A DNA stretch of 64,000 nt from Candidatus Hydrothermarchaeales archaeon (lineage in GTDB: Archaea > Hydrothermarchaeota > Hydrothermarchaeia > Hydrothermarchaeales > JAZGAD01): contig JAZGAD010000012.1 of assembly GCA_036444275.1 (NCBI GenBank), positions 1 to 64,000 of the forward strand. Direction: 5' to 3'. Made by a program: the position numbers and the translations under genes. Shown in pieces: positions 1-11,503 of the stretch (positions are counted from its first letter, which is position 1; the number at the start of each line of letters is the position of its first letter). Below the pieces are notes generated by a model. It saw only the letters and a program-made list of their open reading frames with translations. It did not search any database and had not been told where the DNA came from.

Positions 1-769
1 GCCCTGCATCTTTCAATGTCTTCGTAGATCTTACAACATCATCAACAGTGTGCCCTCTGTTTACCTTGTCATAGACGGCATCGCTGAGGCTTTGGACACC
101 GAGTTCAACCCTTGTAACACCTAATTCTAGCATTCTGTCGACGTGCTCTTCCCTAGCGAAATCCGGCCTGGTCTCGAAGGTTATGCCTACGTTTCTAATC
201 TTCGCTTTTTCATTGAGATGTTGTACTTCTTGAAGGGTAGCATCTCTCCCTTTAGAGTCGCCGTATGCATTCATAGCAACGATGCATGATCTGACGAATT
301 CCTCCTGGTATTCAATAGGCTGAGCTAGAAATGTGCCTCCCATAACAATGAGCTCTACCTTTTCTATGGGATGGCCTATGGAGTCTAGTTGCTTCAACCT
401 ATCCATAACCTGCGTATAAGGATCATAACCAGCGTTCCTAGCACGTAGCGCAGCAGGTTCCTCGCCGGTATAGCTCTGAGGAGCGTCATCACCCTTAGGA
501 CAGTAGATGCAATTGCCTGGGCAAGGATAGGGCCTGGCCATCACCGCTACAACCGCTACTCCAGATAGGGTTCTTATAGGTTTTCTCCTAAGCAGAGGGA
601 GGAGCAGTGGCAGGTATTCTTCAGGCACGTGTTCTAGGATCTCTGAGTTTCCAGGCACTCTCTGCAGGCGGTATTTCTTAGCAACTCTATTCTTTATCTG
701 GTTTATATCACTTGGAGAGGATTTTATTTCCTCTATGATCTCTTGAATCGCTTCGTTGGCAGCGTCCAT
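1..769 (-). CDS. elp3: Elp3 tRNA uridine(34) acetyltransferase (radical SAM/HAT), 5' part; runs off window start
   Basis: Manual translation from ATG at 769: MDAANEAIQEI...RTLSGVAVVAVMARPYPCPGNCIYCP...PQSYTGEEPAA...KVELIVMGGTF...ETRPD...RVELGVQS, all Elp3 motifs. Confidence 0.93.
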   Translation of the reverse strand, partial: MDAANEAIQEIIEEIKSSPSDINQIKNRVAKKYRLQRVPGNSEILEHVPEEYLPLLLPLLRRKPIRTLSGVAVVAVMARPYPCPGNCIYCPKGDDAPQSYTGEEPAALRARNAGYDPYTQVMDRLKQLDSIGHPIEKVELIVMGGTFLAQPIEYQEEFVRSCIVAMNAYGDSKGRDATLQEVQHLNEKAKIRNVGITFETRPDFAREEHVDRMLELGVTRVELGVQSLSDAVYDKVNRGHTVDDVVRSTKTLKDAG

Positions 770-770
770 T

Positions 771-1709
771 TCACAGCTCCTTCACTATTGCACCTTGATT
801 ATTGGCCTTTGTCACCAGAGCTTCAACTCCTTCCTCCTTTAAAAAGTCCAGCAGTTCTCCCTCTTTTTCCACCACGCAGTATATTGTCGGTCCAAAGGAA
901 CTGAGTCCTACTCCATATGCATGCTCCCTGCATCTATGCATGAGTTCCTTCACAGCTTGGGTCTGAAGATCTACCTCTATTCGTTTGAATCCTATCTCTT
1001 GGATCTGATTTACAGCATCTCCGAAAGCCACGATGTCTCCCTCGGCTACGGCAGGTAAGACTTTCATCAGTACGAGAAGACTTAGCTCCCTGACCTCTTC
1101 TATAGGGATTGGGCAGTACTTTTTGAATATTCCTACCTCTCTGCCGCCAGATATCTCCCTGGCTTGAGGCATTACCAAGACTATCTTCCAATCCGGGAAA
1201 TCATACCTGGCTAATAATGGGGCAGGAGGTGCCTTTGAAGCAGATGAGGGGAGAAAGTCCCTTTTTTCCGTAGTAGAGTGCCCTCCATCAAGGATGAATC
1301 CTCCAGTCTCGAAGGCCGCTGTACCTATACCTGATGTACCACCCCTACCAACGATTCTCGCCATCTCCCTAACCGGGATTTCTACATCGTATATACTGCA
1401 TATCGCCTTAGATACCGCTAGAGCCAACTGCGTACCTGAGCCCAAGCCTATGTGCTGGGGATAAGCGTCTTCTATCTCCACTTCTATCCCCGAGTCTATC
1501 TTCAAGGCAGACAGCATCCGCTTGGCAGCGTCCTCGGCTCTTTCCTTTAAGGGCCCCTTTATGGATATCTCGTCTCTAGCTCGCGCTCTGATCTTAATAG
1601 CAGGCGCCTCCAGAGCTAGGCCTATGCCCCCGTCCATCCTACCAATGGATGCATTCAGGTCAATAAGGGTGATATGAACTCTAGAGGGTGTTACTATACG
1701 CATCTCCAC
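771..1709 (-). CDS. mptG: beta-ribofuranosylaminobenzene 5'-phosphate synthase (methanopterin biosynthesis, GHMP family)
   Basis: TPSRVHITLIDL, HIGLGSGTQ, GRGGTSGIG, GGFILDGGH, GLSSFGPT motifs. Confidence 0.9.
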   Translation of the reverse strand: MEMRIVTPSRVHITLIDLNASIGRMDGGIGLALEAPAIKIRARARDEISIKGPLKERAEDAAKRMLSALKIDSGIEVEIEDAYPQHIGLGSGTQLALAVSKAICSIYDVEIPVREMARIVGRGGTSGIGTAAFETGGFILDGGHSTTEKRDFLPSSASKAPPAPLLARYDFPDWKIVLVMPQAREISGGREVGIFKKYCPIPIEEVRELSLLVLMKVLPAVAEGDIVAFGDAVNQIQEIGFKRIEVDLQTQAVKELMHRCREHAYGVGLSSFGPTIYCVVEKEGELLDFLKEEGVEALVTKANNQGAIVKEL

Positions 1710-1712
1710 AAC

Positions 1713-2234
1713 CTATACTTTGTAGGGGAAGAACTCTGTTATACTAATAAGGGTCTCCCCCCCATGGATTATGTGGTATTGTCTCTTGAGTAGGGTGGAG
1801 TGTTCAGGTATGCCGAAAATTGTGGAAAGCCTCTTATTTGATTCCACAGCCTGGAAGCTCTTTATCTCCCTTCGGGCCTCCATTTGAAGTTCAGACATTA
1901 TCCTCCCTATAGGCATGTCCTTCCTCATCATATCCTCCCTGAAATCTTTCTTTAGCCTGTGTAGAGGTGCATATGACACAGCGTGCGCCAATACCCCCTT
2001 GGAGTTCTTCAGGTTAACCACGCGGTAGTTCACCTCCTCCCCGTCCCTTATGCTCAAGTCAGCTGCTACCTCTAAGCTTGCTGAAATCACTTCCTGTTTT
2101 TCGGTAACAACTTCCACTTCTTCACCGCTAACAGCTTCTAGAATCCTAGTTATAGAGCCGTCTGTAGTGAGCAGAATCTTGTGTATCGGGGAGAGCTCCA
2201 GCTCTTTTCCCAATTCCCGCAACCTGGAGATCAT
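1713..2234 (-). CDS. Chorismate pyruvate-lyase family (DUF98/UbiC-like) protein
   Basis: ILLTTDGSITRILE and PIGRIM...EARREI motifs; adjacent to RFA-P synthase. Confidence 0.8.
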   Translation of the reverse strand: MISRLRELGKELELSPIHKILLTTDGSITRILEAVSGEEVEVVTEKQEVISASLEVAADLSIRDGEEVNYRVVNLKNSKGVLAHAVSYAPLHRLKKDFREDMMRKDMPIGRIMSELQMEARREIKSFQAVESNKRLSTIFGIPEHSTLLKRQYHIIHGGETLISITEFFPYKV

Positions 2235-3133
2235 AGTGCTGCACCGATTATCTCCTCAACGTTCGAGTATCCCTCTTCCTCCATGAATTCTTGGATCTCC
2301 CGAGAAACCTTATTGAAGATGCTTATCCCCCTAGAATAAACACCAGTGCCGATCTGCACGGCGCTTGCGCCAGCCATTAGGAACTCTAGGGCGTCTTCGC
2401 CTGTAGTTATACCCCCGCATCCTATCACAGGTACTTCTACCTCGCTTGCTATCTCATAGACGCACCTAACAGCTATGGGCTTTATAGCACTTCCACTCAG
2501 GCCTCCGATCTTATTACCAAGGACAGGTGCCTTGGCTTTGACCTCTATTTTCATAGCTCTCAGTGTATTTATAGCAGTTATTCCATCGCAGCCGGCTGAT
2601 GCGCACGCCCTTGCTATCTCCCTGAGGTCCCGGACTTCTGCTGTCAGCTTGGCTATCACAGGGATCTTTACCTTTCCTTTGACCTCCTCTATGACCCCCC
2701 GGCTGAGTTCAGCGTCTTGAGCATACCGCGCTCCTTTCACATTTGGACATGATAGATTAAGCTCCAAGGCATCTACGCCGTAGCTCTCCAGCGCTCCGGC
2801 TACCTCTGCAAATTCCTCCTTGCTGCTGCCGAAAACACTCCCTATGACTGGAGCTCCGCCCTCCTTTGCGACTGCTATCTCCTCCTTAAAGGCTTCGTAT
2901 CCTGGGTTGGATAATCCGATGGCATTTATTAAGCCGTCTTCCAGGGGGATAACGCTGGGATTCTTATGTCCCTCCATAGGTGCGGTGCTTATAGATTTTG
3001 TCACCACTGCTCCGGCACCTCCCTTTTCAATCACCCTCTTGAGAGAAGAACCGGCGGTCCCAAGTATCCCGGAAGCCAGTATCGTGGGATTCCTCAGCTT
3101 CATGTTGCAGAGCGTTGTGGAGATGGTGGGCAT
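2231..3133 (-). CDS. pyrD: Dihydroorotate dehydrogenase (family 1B catalytic subunit)
   Basis: NAIGLSNPG, ELNLSCPN, AINT, GGLSG, GCGGI, AVQIGT. Confidence 0.95.
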   Translation of the reverse strand: MPTISTTLCNMKLRNPTILASGILGTAGSSLKRVIEKGGAGAVVTKSISTAPMEGHKNPSVIPLEDGLINAIGLSNPGYEAFKEEIAVAKEGGAPVIGSVFGSSKEEFAEVAGALESYGVDALELNLSCPNVKGARYAQDAELSRGVIEEVKGKVKIPVIAKLTAEVRDLREIARACASAGCDGITAINTLRAMKIEVKAKAPVLGNKIGGLSGSAIKPIAVRCVYEIASEVEVPVIGCGGITTGEDALEFLMAGASAVQIGTGVYSRGISIFNKVSREIQEFMEEEGYSNVEEIIGAAL

Positions 3134-3144
3134 CGGCTGGCTCC

Positions 3145-4155
<1,011 letters not shown>

Positions 4156-4256
4156 CTATAACCTCCTTACTGCAATATGCATTCCTCCAGATTTAAAATT
4201 TTTGAAATATCGGGGGTTATGTGCCGTACGATAGGTAGTACTCATTGTAGAATACT

Positions 4257-5321
4257 TCACTGCTTCTCAAGCTCTTTTATAATCTCCTCCCAATCGCAGT
4301 AATCGTTCACTAGCTCCTTGGTTAGTCTCTTCGACCTCTCGTCATCCGGCTTTATCTTTCTGGATATATCATGAAGCTTCTCCACAGTGGTATATGTATC
4401 ATAGGGCACTAGTATTGTTGGCACCCCCTTTTCTTTGGCCTTTGATAACACCCTTGGGTCTGGATGAAGGTCCCCTGTCAGAATTAAGGCTGATGTACTT
4501 GTCTCTAGCGCTGCCAGGGCTATCTCGGATCTGTCGCCCCCTGTTATAACTGCCTTTTCCGGGGTTGTCTTGAAGTAGTTCAATGCGCTTTCAGCTGTCA
4601 TGGCTCCTATCAAGAAGGACTTCAACAAGAGCTGCATGCTATCCTCTCCCGTGAGTATCTCACCCCCTAAGATGTCGTGGATCTCTTGCACAGTTGGTGA
4701 CGTGAGTTCTATTGACTCTGGAACCACGCCCAGTATCCTGAAGCCCCTCTTTTCTAGGATAGGCGCATAAAGCGTCTCGGTCTTTTCTATAGTCTTTGGC
4801 GGAACGAAATTGATAATCGTTCCTATGAGGTTAACGCCCCTAGACCTCAGGTATTCATTGTGCAGTAGTAGGTTATCCATGCGGAAGTCGTTCTTTATCG
4901 TGCTCACCATGAGCATCTTGACTCCTAGCTTAGATGCTATATCGGCGGTTGCTAGGTTAAGGGTTAGCATGGCTTGCGGATTAGTTGTACCCTCTATTAT
5001 CACGACGTCAGAGCCCTCTGAGACTTCTTGATATGCATCAGCGATAACGTTCAGGTATTCCTTTGATTTATTTTTGTCGTATTTCTCCAGGTAGTCAAAG
5101 CCGAGGGTGAAAAGGGTTATCTTCTCTAAGGGTGCCTTCATTTTCAGGACGTGCTTCATTAGCTTGGCGTCCTCATCTTCCGTTATCCTGGCATCGCCAA
5201 CATTCCCTATAGGCTTGAAATAGGACACCCTGAGTCCGGCTTCCTGGAACTTCTGCGCCAATCCAAGGCAGGTAGCAGTCTTGCCGCTCCCAGACGTACC
5301 AATTACGTATAAACCGCTCAT
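4257..5321 (-). CDS. Phosphotransacetylase N-terminal-like (BioD-like AAA + DRTGG) protein
   Basis: SGSGKT P-loop, YFKPIG, VITGGDRSEI DRTGG motif; no PTA catalytic domain. Confidence 0.85.
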   Translation of the reverse strand: MSGLYVIGTSGSGKTATCLGLAQKFQEAGLRVSYFKPIGNVGDARITEDEDAKLMKHVLKMKAPLEKITLFTLGFDYLEKYDKNKSKEYLNVIADAYQEVSEGSDVVIIEGTTNPQAMLTLNLATADIASKLGVKMLMVSTIKNDFRMDNLLLHNEYLRSRGVNLIGTIINFVPPKTIEKTETLYAPILEKRGFRILGVVPESIELTSPTVQEIHDILGGEILTGEDSMQLLLKSFLIGAMTAESALNYFKTTPEKAVITGGDRSEIALAALETSTSALILTGDLHPDPRVLSKAKEKGVPTILVPYDTYTTVEKLHDISRKIKPDDERSKRLTKELVNDYCDWEEIIKELEKQ

Positions 5322-5450
5322 CTTTCGTCTCTCACTCCTTAATCTAAGCAGTATTAAAACTTTCTATCAGCTGAAGCTGGAGGATGGGTCAAACAAAATG
5401 GTAAATTAAATTAGGGTCTTAAATTAAAAAACTTCAAGCATTTGGGTTTT

Positions 5451-6881
5451 CTAGTTTTGCTTGGCTTTCTTGCTAGGATGCTCAGGTTTAGGTGCTTTTT
5501 TCTTCGTTTCTTTTTCGATCTTAAATCTCTCCACAATCTCATGCAGGTCCGTGGCTAGGTCTCTCAGCATCTGGGCTGAGGCTGACACTTCTTGCATGCT
5601 TGCCGTCTGCTCCTCGGTAGCTGCCGATGCTTCTTGGGTACTGGCCGCAGCTTGCTCTGCAGCCGCTGCAACTTCACTAAGGGACTCTGCTAACCTTTGT
5701 ACTGCTTCCATCTGTTCTTCCGTTGCACTGGAAATCTTTTCTACTTCTCTTGTAGTTTGTCCTACAGCGAACACGATATTCTCCAGTGCTAGGAGAGATT
5801 GTTTTGCTACCTCGGTTCCCTCTTCGACGCCAATTGCACCCTTTTCCATTGATTCAACAGCTTTATTAGTCTCGCTTTGAATGTCCTCTATCATGTCAGC
5901 GATCCTTTCAGCTGCCTTGGCAGAGCCGTCGGCAAGCTTCTTAACCTCCTCAGCAACAACAGCAAAACCACGTCCATGCTCACCGGCACGAGCCGCCTCA
6001 ATAGCAGCATTAAGAGCAAGCAAGTTAGTCTGATCGGCAATATTGGTTATGACATCCACGATCTCGCCTATCTCCTTCGACATTTCTCCGAGTTCTGCCA
6101 CGAGTTTTGCTGAATGACCTACTACCTCCTTCATTTCCTCCATCTTTTTAATCGCGGTCCCCGCTGCTTCACCACCCTCTTGTGCAGCATTGTCGGCCTT
6201 GGTTGAAGTATCCACTGCCGCCTGGGCACTAGTAGCGATAGAGCGAACCATGTCTGATATCTTCGTCATCTCGGTATTAGCAGCTTCTACCTGCTGCGAC
6301 TGCACCTGTGCGCCCTTAGCTATGTTCTGCATAGTGGAAGACATCTCTTCCATAGTGGCATTCATCTCCTCGGTGGCTGTAGCAAGTTCTTGGGAAAAGC
6401 CTGAAACCTTCTCGGAGCTATCTTTAACACTGGAGACAAGGTCTCTCTGTTTTGTGATCATATCGCCGAATGTTCCAAAGAGATGGCCTATCTCGTCCTT
6501 TGTCCAGCCCCTTACATTTCTCGTTAAGTTATAGGAGCTTATCTCCTCCGCTACTTTGACTAACGTGTTTATTGCCTTGCTTATGTAGCCTACAAAAAAA
6601 TTAGCTATTAACAGTGCCGCAATTATGCTTACTACCCAGAGCAGGATGAGTATCTTTCTAGCACCGAGAGCTCTACTCTGAATGTTTGAAAGAGGCTGCA
6701 GTAGCGTGCTGCTTCCTCCACTTGGTAGATTGGATGTTACCTGATGAAGGTCTCCTCCGATTCCGCTCAGAGTATAAACACTGTAAGCTGCAATGATGGT
6801 AGTTAAGAAGCCAATCACGAATAGAAGGGAGTAAATTTTTGTGCCGATTTTCAGGTCCTTAAACCATTGCGGTACTTGCAC
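5451..6881 (-). CDS. Methyl-accepting chemotaxis protein (2 TM, HAMP, MCP signal domain)
   Basis: [37 protein letters not shown] signature; DEIGHL HAMP. Confidence 0.95.
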   Translation of the reverse strand: MQVPQWFKDLKIGTKIYSLLFVIGFLTTIIAAYSVYTLSGIGGDLHQVTSNLPSGGSSTLLQPLSNIQSRALGARKILILLWVVSIIAALLIANFFVGYISKAINTLVKVAEEISSYNLTRNVRGWTKDEIGHLFGTFGDMITKQRDLVSSVKDSSEKVSGFSQELATATEEMNATMEEMSSTMQNIAKGAQVQSQQVEAANTEMTKISDMVRSIATSAQAAVDTSTKADNAAQEGGEAAGTAIKKMEEMKEVVGHSAKLVAELGEMSKEIGEIVDVITNIADQTNLLALNAAIEAARAGEHGRGFAVVAEEVKKLADGSAKAAERIADMIEDIQSETNKAVESMEKGAIGVEEGTEVAKQSLLALENIVFAVGQTTREVEKISSATEEQMEAVQRLAESLSEVAAAAEQAAASTQEASAATEEQTASMQEVSASAQMLRDLATDLHEIVERFKIEKETKKKAPKPEHPSKKAKQN

Positions 6882-7042
6882 TGACGACAGCCTCCAGCAG
6901 TGGATTTCATTCTTTTTAAGGAGATTTTAGTTCCGCTTGGTAATATATAAGTTGCGGTCAGGGAAGGGTCTAGGGAGAAATACCCATGTTAGGACGAGGC
7001 GAGGCAGACTGCAACGAAGCTTCGTTAGGTTAATGCGACATT

Positions 7043-7489
7043 CTAGACTAACTTACGGGGCATTCTGGATTTAACTTCGACTAGATTCTTCATGGCCAAG
7101 TCCCATATCACTCTATCCGCATCGAGATAAACCCTGACTATATCAGCTGCAGTCACGATACCGACTAGCCTTTGATCTTCAATAACAGCTAATCGCCGGA
7201 TTTTCGCATCGGTCATCGCTTGTGTAGCCCGTTCTAAGCGTTCTTTTGGGTCTATTGTTTTAAGTGGGAACGACATTACATCCTTAACTTGCATCTTTGC
7301 AGCGTCCTTGGCTACTCCGACGACCTTCGTTAGGATATCTCGTTCGGTTAATATACCAACAGGCTTTCCATCCTCGACGACAACTACACCTCCAATTCGT
7401 TTCTCACCCATGAGTGTTGCAGTGCCAGAAATAGATGCAGTGGAATTAATGGTCACCACGTCCTTGGTCATAGCTTCTTGAACGATCAT
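7043..7489 (-). CDS. CBS-pair domain protein
   Basis: Two CBS repeats (VGILTERDI, LVGIVTAADI). Confidence 0.9.
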   Translation of the reverse strand: MIVQEAMTKDVVTINSTASISGTATLMGEKRIGGVVVVEDGKPVGILTERDILTKVVGVAKDAAKMQVKDVMSFPLKTIDPKERLERATQAMTDAKIRRLAVIEDQRLVGIVTAADIVRVYLDADRVIWDLAMKNLVEVKSRMPRKLV

Positions 7490-7806
7490 AGAACTGTATC
7501 GTTTTTAATTAGATTTAAATTTTTCGTGCAATCTCTACTTTTATTTGATATTAGCCGCCAGTTTTCAAGGCTATTGTTTAATCATGAAAGGACGGCACGC
7601 GTCTTTACAATTAGTTAGGTTGCCATATCCTGGGTAGTTCTCTTACATTATACGTGGTAATAGACTATCTTTTTCCCATAATCAGCGGTGTTCGGTGCCC
7701 TACCAAAGAGGTCCTGTTTTCCAAATTCAATCCCCCTCGATTATCGAAAAACTTAACATATGTTAATTTTAAATTTAAAGGAAACAGTGATGGAGAATAG
7801 AATCCT

Positions 7807-8052
7807 ATGACGAAGCCTGCACCTGATAGGACTCTTGATTGCGTTGGGCGCTATTGCCCTGAGCCCATCTTCCTCACAAGGGAGGAGATAGATAAATTAG
7901 AGGTTGGGGACGTCTTAGAGATTATCGCTGATGATCCTGCTTCCGAGGAGGACATACCACGGTGGGCTAAGCGAGCCGGTCACGAGTTCTTGGGTATGCA
8001 CAAGGAGGGGAGCGAGATATACTTTTTGGTAAGGAAGGGCGAGGGGAGGTAA
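7807..8052 (+). CDS. tusA: TusA/SirA-family sulfur carrier
   Basis: LDCVGRYCPEP, DDPASEEDIPRW. Confidence 0.9.
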   Translation: MTKPAPDRTLDCVGRYCPEPIFLTREEIDKLEVGDVLEIIADDPASEEDIPRWAKRAGHEFLGMHKEGSEIYFLVRKGEGR

Positions 8053-8067
8053 AGAAAGAGGGATGCT

Positions 8068-9240
8068 ATGAGAAATGCCTATATGGACTACTCTGCCGGT
8101 GCAAGCATTGACCCTCGTGTTGCTGAAGCAATGCAACCTTATTTTACTGAGCGAATAGGGAATCCCTCTTCAGTTCACAGCCTAGGGCAAGAAGCCAAGG
8201 GTGTCATCAAAGACGCGAGAGCAAAGGTTGCCGAGCTCATAGGTGCGAGCGAAAGGGAGATAATATTCACCTCCAGCGGTACAGAGAGCAACAACCTTGC
8301 ATTATTGGGCACTGTATATAGGAACGAGGGTAAGGGGAACCACATAATAACTACTACAATAGAGCATATGTCTGTCTTAAATCCCTTAAAGTTCCTTCAG
8401 AAGAGAGGCTTCGAGACTACTCACATCCCCGTGGATGAATACGGTTTGGTGGACGTGGATAAGATCAGAGAGGCAATAACAGATAAGACGATCCTTGTCT
8501 CCGTGATGTATGCCAACGGCGAGATAGGCACCATAGAGCCCATAAGAGATGTGGGAGACATATGCCGTGAGAAGGGAATATACCTGCATGTAGACGGCGT
8601 GGTTGCTGCAGGTAAGGTCGATATAGACGTGGAGAGGGATAATATAGACCTCTTATCGCTGTCTTCCAATGACATCTATGGACCTAGAGGCGTAGGCGCC
8701 TTGTATATCCGGAAGGGGGTAGCAATCAATCCGATAATCCTCGGCGGAGGTCAAGAGCGTGGGTTGCGCTCGGCCACTGAGAATGTAGGAGGCATAGTGG
8801 GCTTCGGGAAAGCAGCGGAAATCGCTAAAAAGGAGATGAAGGATGAGGCCAGGAGGCTTTCCAAATTCAGGGATAACTTGATAAAAGGCGTCCTCGAGGG
8901 GATACCGCATTCCTACCTTAACGGCCACCCCACGAATAGGCTGTGCAATAATGCTGCCCTCCGCTTTTCCTACGTAGAGGGAGAGGGCATGCTCCTTCAC
9001 CTGGATATGGCCGGCATCTATGTCTCTACTGGTTCTGCCTGCACCTCCAAGACATTGGAGCCGAGTCACGTTCTCAGGGCGATAGGACTAGCACACGAGG
9101 ATGCACATGGATCGTTGCTTTTCACTTTGGGGAGATGGAGCACCAGCGAGGACGTAGAATACGTACTAGAGACACTGCCAGGTGTGGTGGAGAAGCTTCG
9201 TGCTATGTCCCCGTTCACGCCACCTGAGCTGAAATCATGA
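8068..9240 (+). CDS. iscS: Cysteine desulfurase (IscS/NifS family)
   Basis: GNPSSVH, FTSSGTESNN, GGGQERGLRSATEN, STGSACTS catalytic Cys; PLP-site segment reads SSNDIYGP (see findings). Confidence 0.9.
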   Translation: MRNAYMDYSAGASIDPRVAEAMQPYFTERIGNPSSVHSLGQEAKGVIKDARAKVAELIGASEREIIFTSSGTESNNLALLGTVYRNEGKGNHIITTTIEHMSVLNPLKFLQKRGFETTHIPVDEYGLVDVDKIREAITDKTILVSVMYANGEIGTIEPIRDVGDICREKGIYLHVDGVVAAGKVDIDVERDNIDLLSLSSNDIYGPRGVGALYIRKGVAINPIILGGGQERGLRSATENVGGIVGFGKAAEIAKKEMKDEARRLSKFRDNLIKGVLEGIPHSYLNGHPTNRLCNNAALRFSYVEGEGMLLHLDMAGIYVSTGSACTSKTLEPSHVLRAIGLAHEDAHGSLLFTLGRWSTSEDVEYVLETLPGVVEKLRAMSPFTPPELKS

Positions 9241-9275
9241 TACAATATTTAAGTCAACGTGAGGTTTGATACGCT

Positions 9276-9647
9276 ATGTATAGCGAGAAGGTACTGGAGC
9301 ACTTCCGTAATCCTCGCAACATGGGTGAGATCAAGGATGCCGATGGCATTGGGAAGGTTGGCAATCCGGCATGCGGCGATGTTATGTACATATACATCAA
9401 GGTGAAGGACGAGAAGTTGGAGGACGTCAAGTTCCAGACTTTGGGCTGTGGTGCAGCGATAGCCACGAGTAGCGTGCTCACCGAACTCGCGAAGGGTATG
9501 AAGCTGGATGAGGCCCTGAAGCTAACCAAGAAGGAGGTTGCCAAAGCTCTAGATGGGTTGCCGCCCATTAAGATGCACTGCTCCAACCTTGCTGCTGAGG
9601 GTCTGCATGCAGCCATAAAGGATTATAGGGCGAAGAAAGAGAAATAG
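9276..9647 (+). CDS. iscU: Fe-S cluster scaffold IscU/NifU-N
   Basis: GNPACGD, FQTLGCGAAIA, KMHCSNL. Confidence 0.95.
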   Translation: MYSEKVLEHFRNPRNMGEIKDADGIGKVGNPACGDVMYIYIKVKDEKLEDVKFQTLGCGAAIATSSVLTELAKGMKLDEALKLTKKEVAKALDGLPPIKMHCSNLAAEGLHAAIKDYRAKKEK

Positions 9648-9657
9648 GTAAGATACT

Positions 9658-9798
9658 ATGGAAGGCGAAATATTCTGCAAGGTGTGTGGAACAAAGATTG
9701 CTCCTGAGGCATGTGTGCTCGTCTACAAGCGGGAGGTAAAGGGAGAGGAGCACTACTTTTGCTGTCCGCACTGCGTAGAGTCCTCTAAAAAAGAATAG
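9658..9798 (+). CDS. Small TRASH/YHS-like metal-binding protein (46 aa), not in ORF track
   Basis: Manual translation MEGEIFCKVCGTKIAPEACVLVYKREVKGEEHYFCCPHCVESSKKE*; CxxC...YFCCxxC; fills the operon gap. Confidence 0.75.
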   Translation: MEGEIFCKVCGTKIAPEACVLVYKREVKGEEHYFCCPHCVESSKKE

Positions 9799-9804
9799 GA
9801 CCCG

Positions 9805-10728
9805 GTGGATATGCGCGGCTACGACGTACTAGTCGTTGGTGGGGGGCCAGGTGGCTTGGCTACAGCAATCTTCTGCGCCGAAAGGGGATTGAGCGTAGCC
9901 CTTTTTGACGGTGGAGCATTAGGTGGACTATTGGTTACGCTTTTCCCTGAAAAGATGGTGACTAACTATCTTGGTTTTCCTGAGGGGATTAAGGCTGAGG
10001 AGCTTGCTGCTAGACTTATCTCACAGGCAGAGGAATACGATGTTGAAATACTAAGGGAAAGGGTATTGGAGATAACTACTGAAAAGGTCGTGAAGACCGA
10101 AGACGGTGAATATACTGGCAGGGCAGTCGTCCTTGCTACGGGCATGCGTCCCAGAGAACTCGGAGTTCCAGGGGAAGAGCAATTTGTTGGGCGTGGGGTC
10201 TCATATTACATAAAAGATCCCGGGAAGTTCAAGAGCAAAAAGGTGCTGGTCGTGGGAGGTGGAGATGCTGCCGTTGAATGCGCTTTACAACTCGCGGACA
10301 TTGCAACCGTTACCTTAGTTCACAGGCGAGATAAATTCAGGACGCATAAGAAGAACGTAGAAGCCCTGAAGAAGAGCAATGTAGAGGTTCTCTTGAACAC
10401 CGAGCTCAAAGAAATCAAGGGCTTCGAGAAGATGGAAGGCGTGCTCTTGCTGAACAATAATGGCGAGGAAAAGGAGATGAAGGTCGATGAGGTAGTGCTT
10501 GCCACTGGTTTGGTTCCGAATACTGATATCTTCGCTAAATTAGGACTGAACGTAGATGCTGATGACAGGATAGTTGTAGATCCACAGCAGCATACTAATA
10601 TCGAAGGGCTTTTTGCGGTGGGAGACATCACTTCTGGGTCCGGGAGCTTGGAGTTGATCGAAGTGGCAATCGCCCAGGGTGCTATAGCAGCTCACCACAT
10701 TTATTTGGAGCTTGCTGAGCCCTACTAA
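9805..10728 (+). CDS. Thioredoxin-reductase-fold NAD(P)/FAD oxidoreductase lacking CxxC (ferredoxin-NADP reductase-like)
   Basis: GGGPGG, GVSYYIKDP in place of CxxC, VVGGGDAA, HRRDKFR, FAVGD. Confidence 0.8.
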   Translation: MDMRGYDVLVVGGGPGGLATAIFCAERGLSVALFDGGALGGLLVTLFPEKMVTNYLGFPEGIKAEELAARLISQAEEYDVEILRERVLEITTEKVVKTEDGEYTGRAVVLATGMRPRELGVPGEEQFVGRGVSYYIKDPGKFKSKKVLVVGGGDAAVECALQLADIATVTLVHRRDKFRTHKKNVEALKKSNVEVLLNTELKEIKGFEKMEGVLLLNNNGEEKEMKVDEVVLATGLVPNTDIFAKLGLNVDADDRIVVDPQQHTNIEGLFAVGDITSGSGSLELIEVAIAQGAIAAHHIYLELAEPY

Positions 10729-10784
10729 AATAGTTTTCAGCTACTAGGACAATTTTTAATAGTACTCTAATTACTCTAGATAAC

Positions 10785-10952
10785 ATGGACGAATTGGACC
10801 TGAAGGCCTTTAGAAAGAAGGTAAGAGAGACACGGGAGCGGGAGTGGGTAAGGGATGCAATTCGTCTTAGGGATAAGACTCCTGAGGAAACCTTGGAGAT
10901 GATGTTTGATCTATTGAACTTCGCAGAGAAGATGAGTAGGGCTACGAGATGA
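10785..10952 (+). CDS. Small helical protein (55 aa), probable partner of the downstream nucleotidyltransferase
   Basis: MDELDLKAFRKKVRETREREWVRDAIRLRDKTPEETLEMMFDLLNFAEKMSRATR*; ATGA overlap with next gene; TTTTAATA box upstream. Confidence 0.7.
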   Translation: MDELDLKAFRKKVRETREREWVRDAIRLRDKTPEETLEMMFDLLNFAEKMSRATR

Positions 10953-11503
10953 GGTCTCTGGATGAGGCTTTGAGGGAGTTCGTTTTGGCTTTGGACGAAC
11001 TAAAGATGGATTACGTCATAGTCGGTGGTATTGCTGTCGCAAGTTGGGGGAATGTAAGGACCACGAGGGATGTGGATGTCATAATCTCCCTGGATAAGGA
11101 CAAGATCGAGAGATTTGTTGACGTATTGTCCGGCCATGGCTTCTCTGCCACCATGGATTCGATATTGGACTCCTTGAAGGAGAGGAGTCATTTTACAATT
11201 TTCGACAAACACTCAGAATATCATGTGGATGCCAAGGGCGTATACAGCAATAGGGAACGTAGGACTTTGGAGACAAAAAGAGAGGTGAAGATTAAGACCT
11301 TGAAATGTTACATCGCGGCTCCTGAGGATATCATAGCAAACAAGCTCGTTTTCGGTAGCGAGCAAGATGTAAAGGATGCCGAGGGGATATATGCGAGGCA
11401 GCTTCCAAAACTGGACTTGGAATACTTGGAAAGGATATGCGTGGAGATGGGAATCGTCAAAGAATTAGAGGCGCTAAAGAAAAGGTTCGAAAAGTACTTG
11501 TAA
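10949..11503 (+). CDS. Pol-beta superfamily nucleotidyltransferase (DUF6036/AbiEii-like)
   Basis: YVIVGGIAV...RTTRDVDV, APEDIIANKL, QDVKDA. Confidence 0.8.
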   Translation: MRSLDEALREFVLALDELKMDYVIVGGIAVASWGNVRTTRDVDVIISLDKDKIERFVDVLSGHGFSATMDSILDSLKERSHFTIFDKHSEYHVDAKGVYSNRERRTLETKREVKIKTLKCYIAAPEDIIANKLVFGSEQDVKDAEGIYARQLPKLDLEYLERICVEMGIVKELEALKKRFEKYL

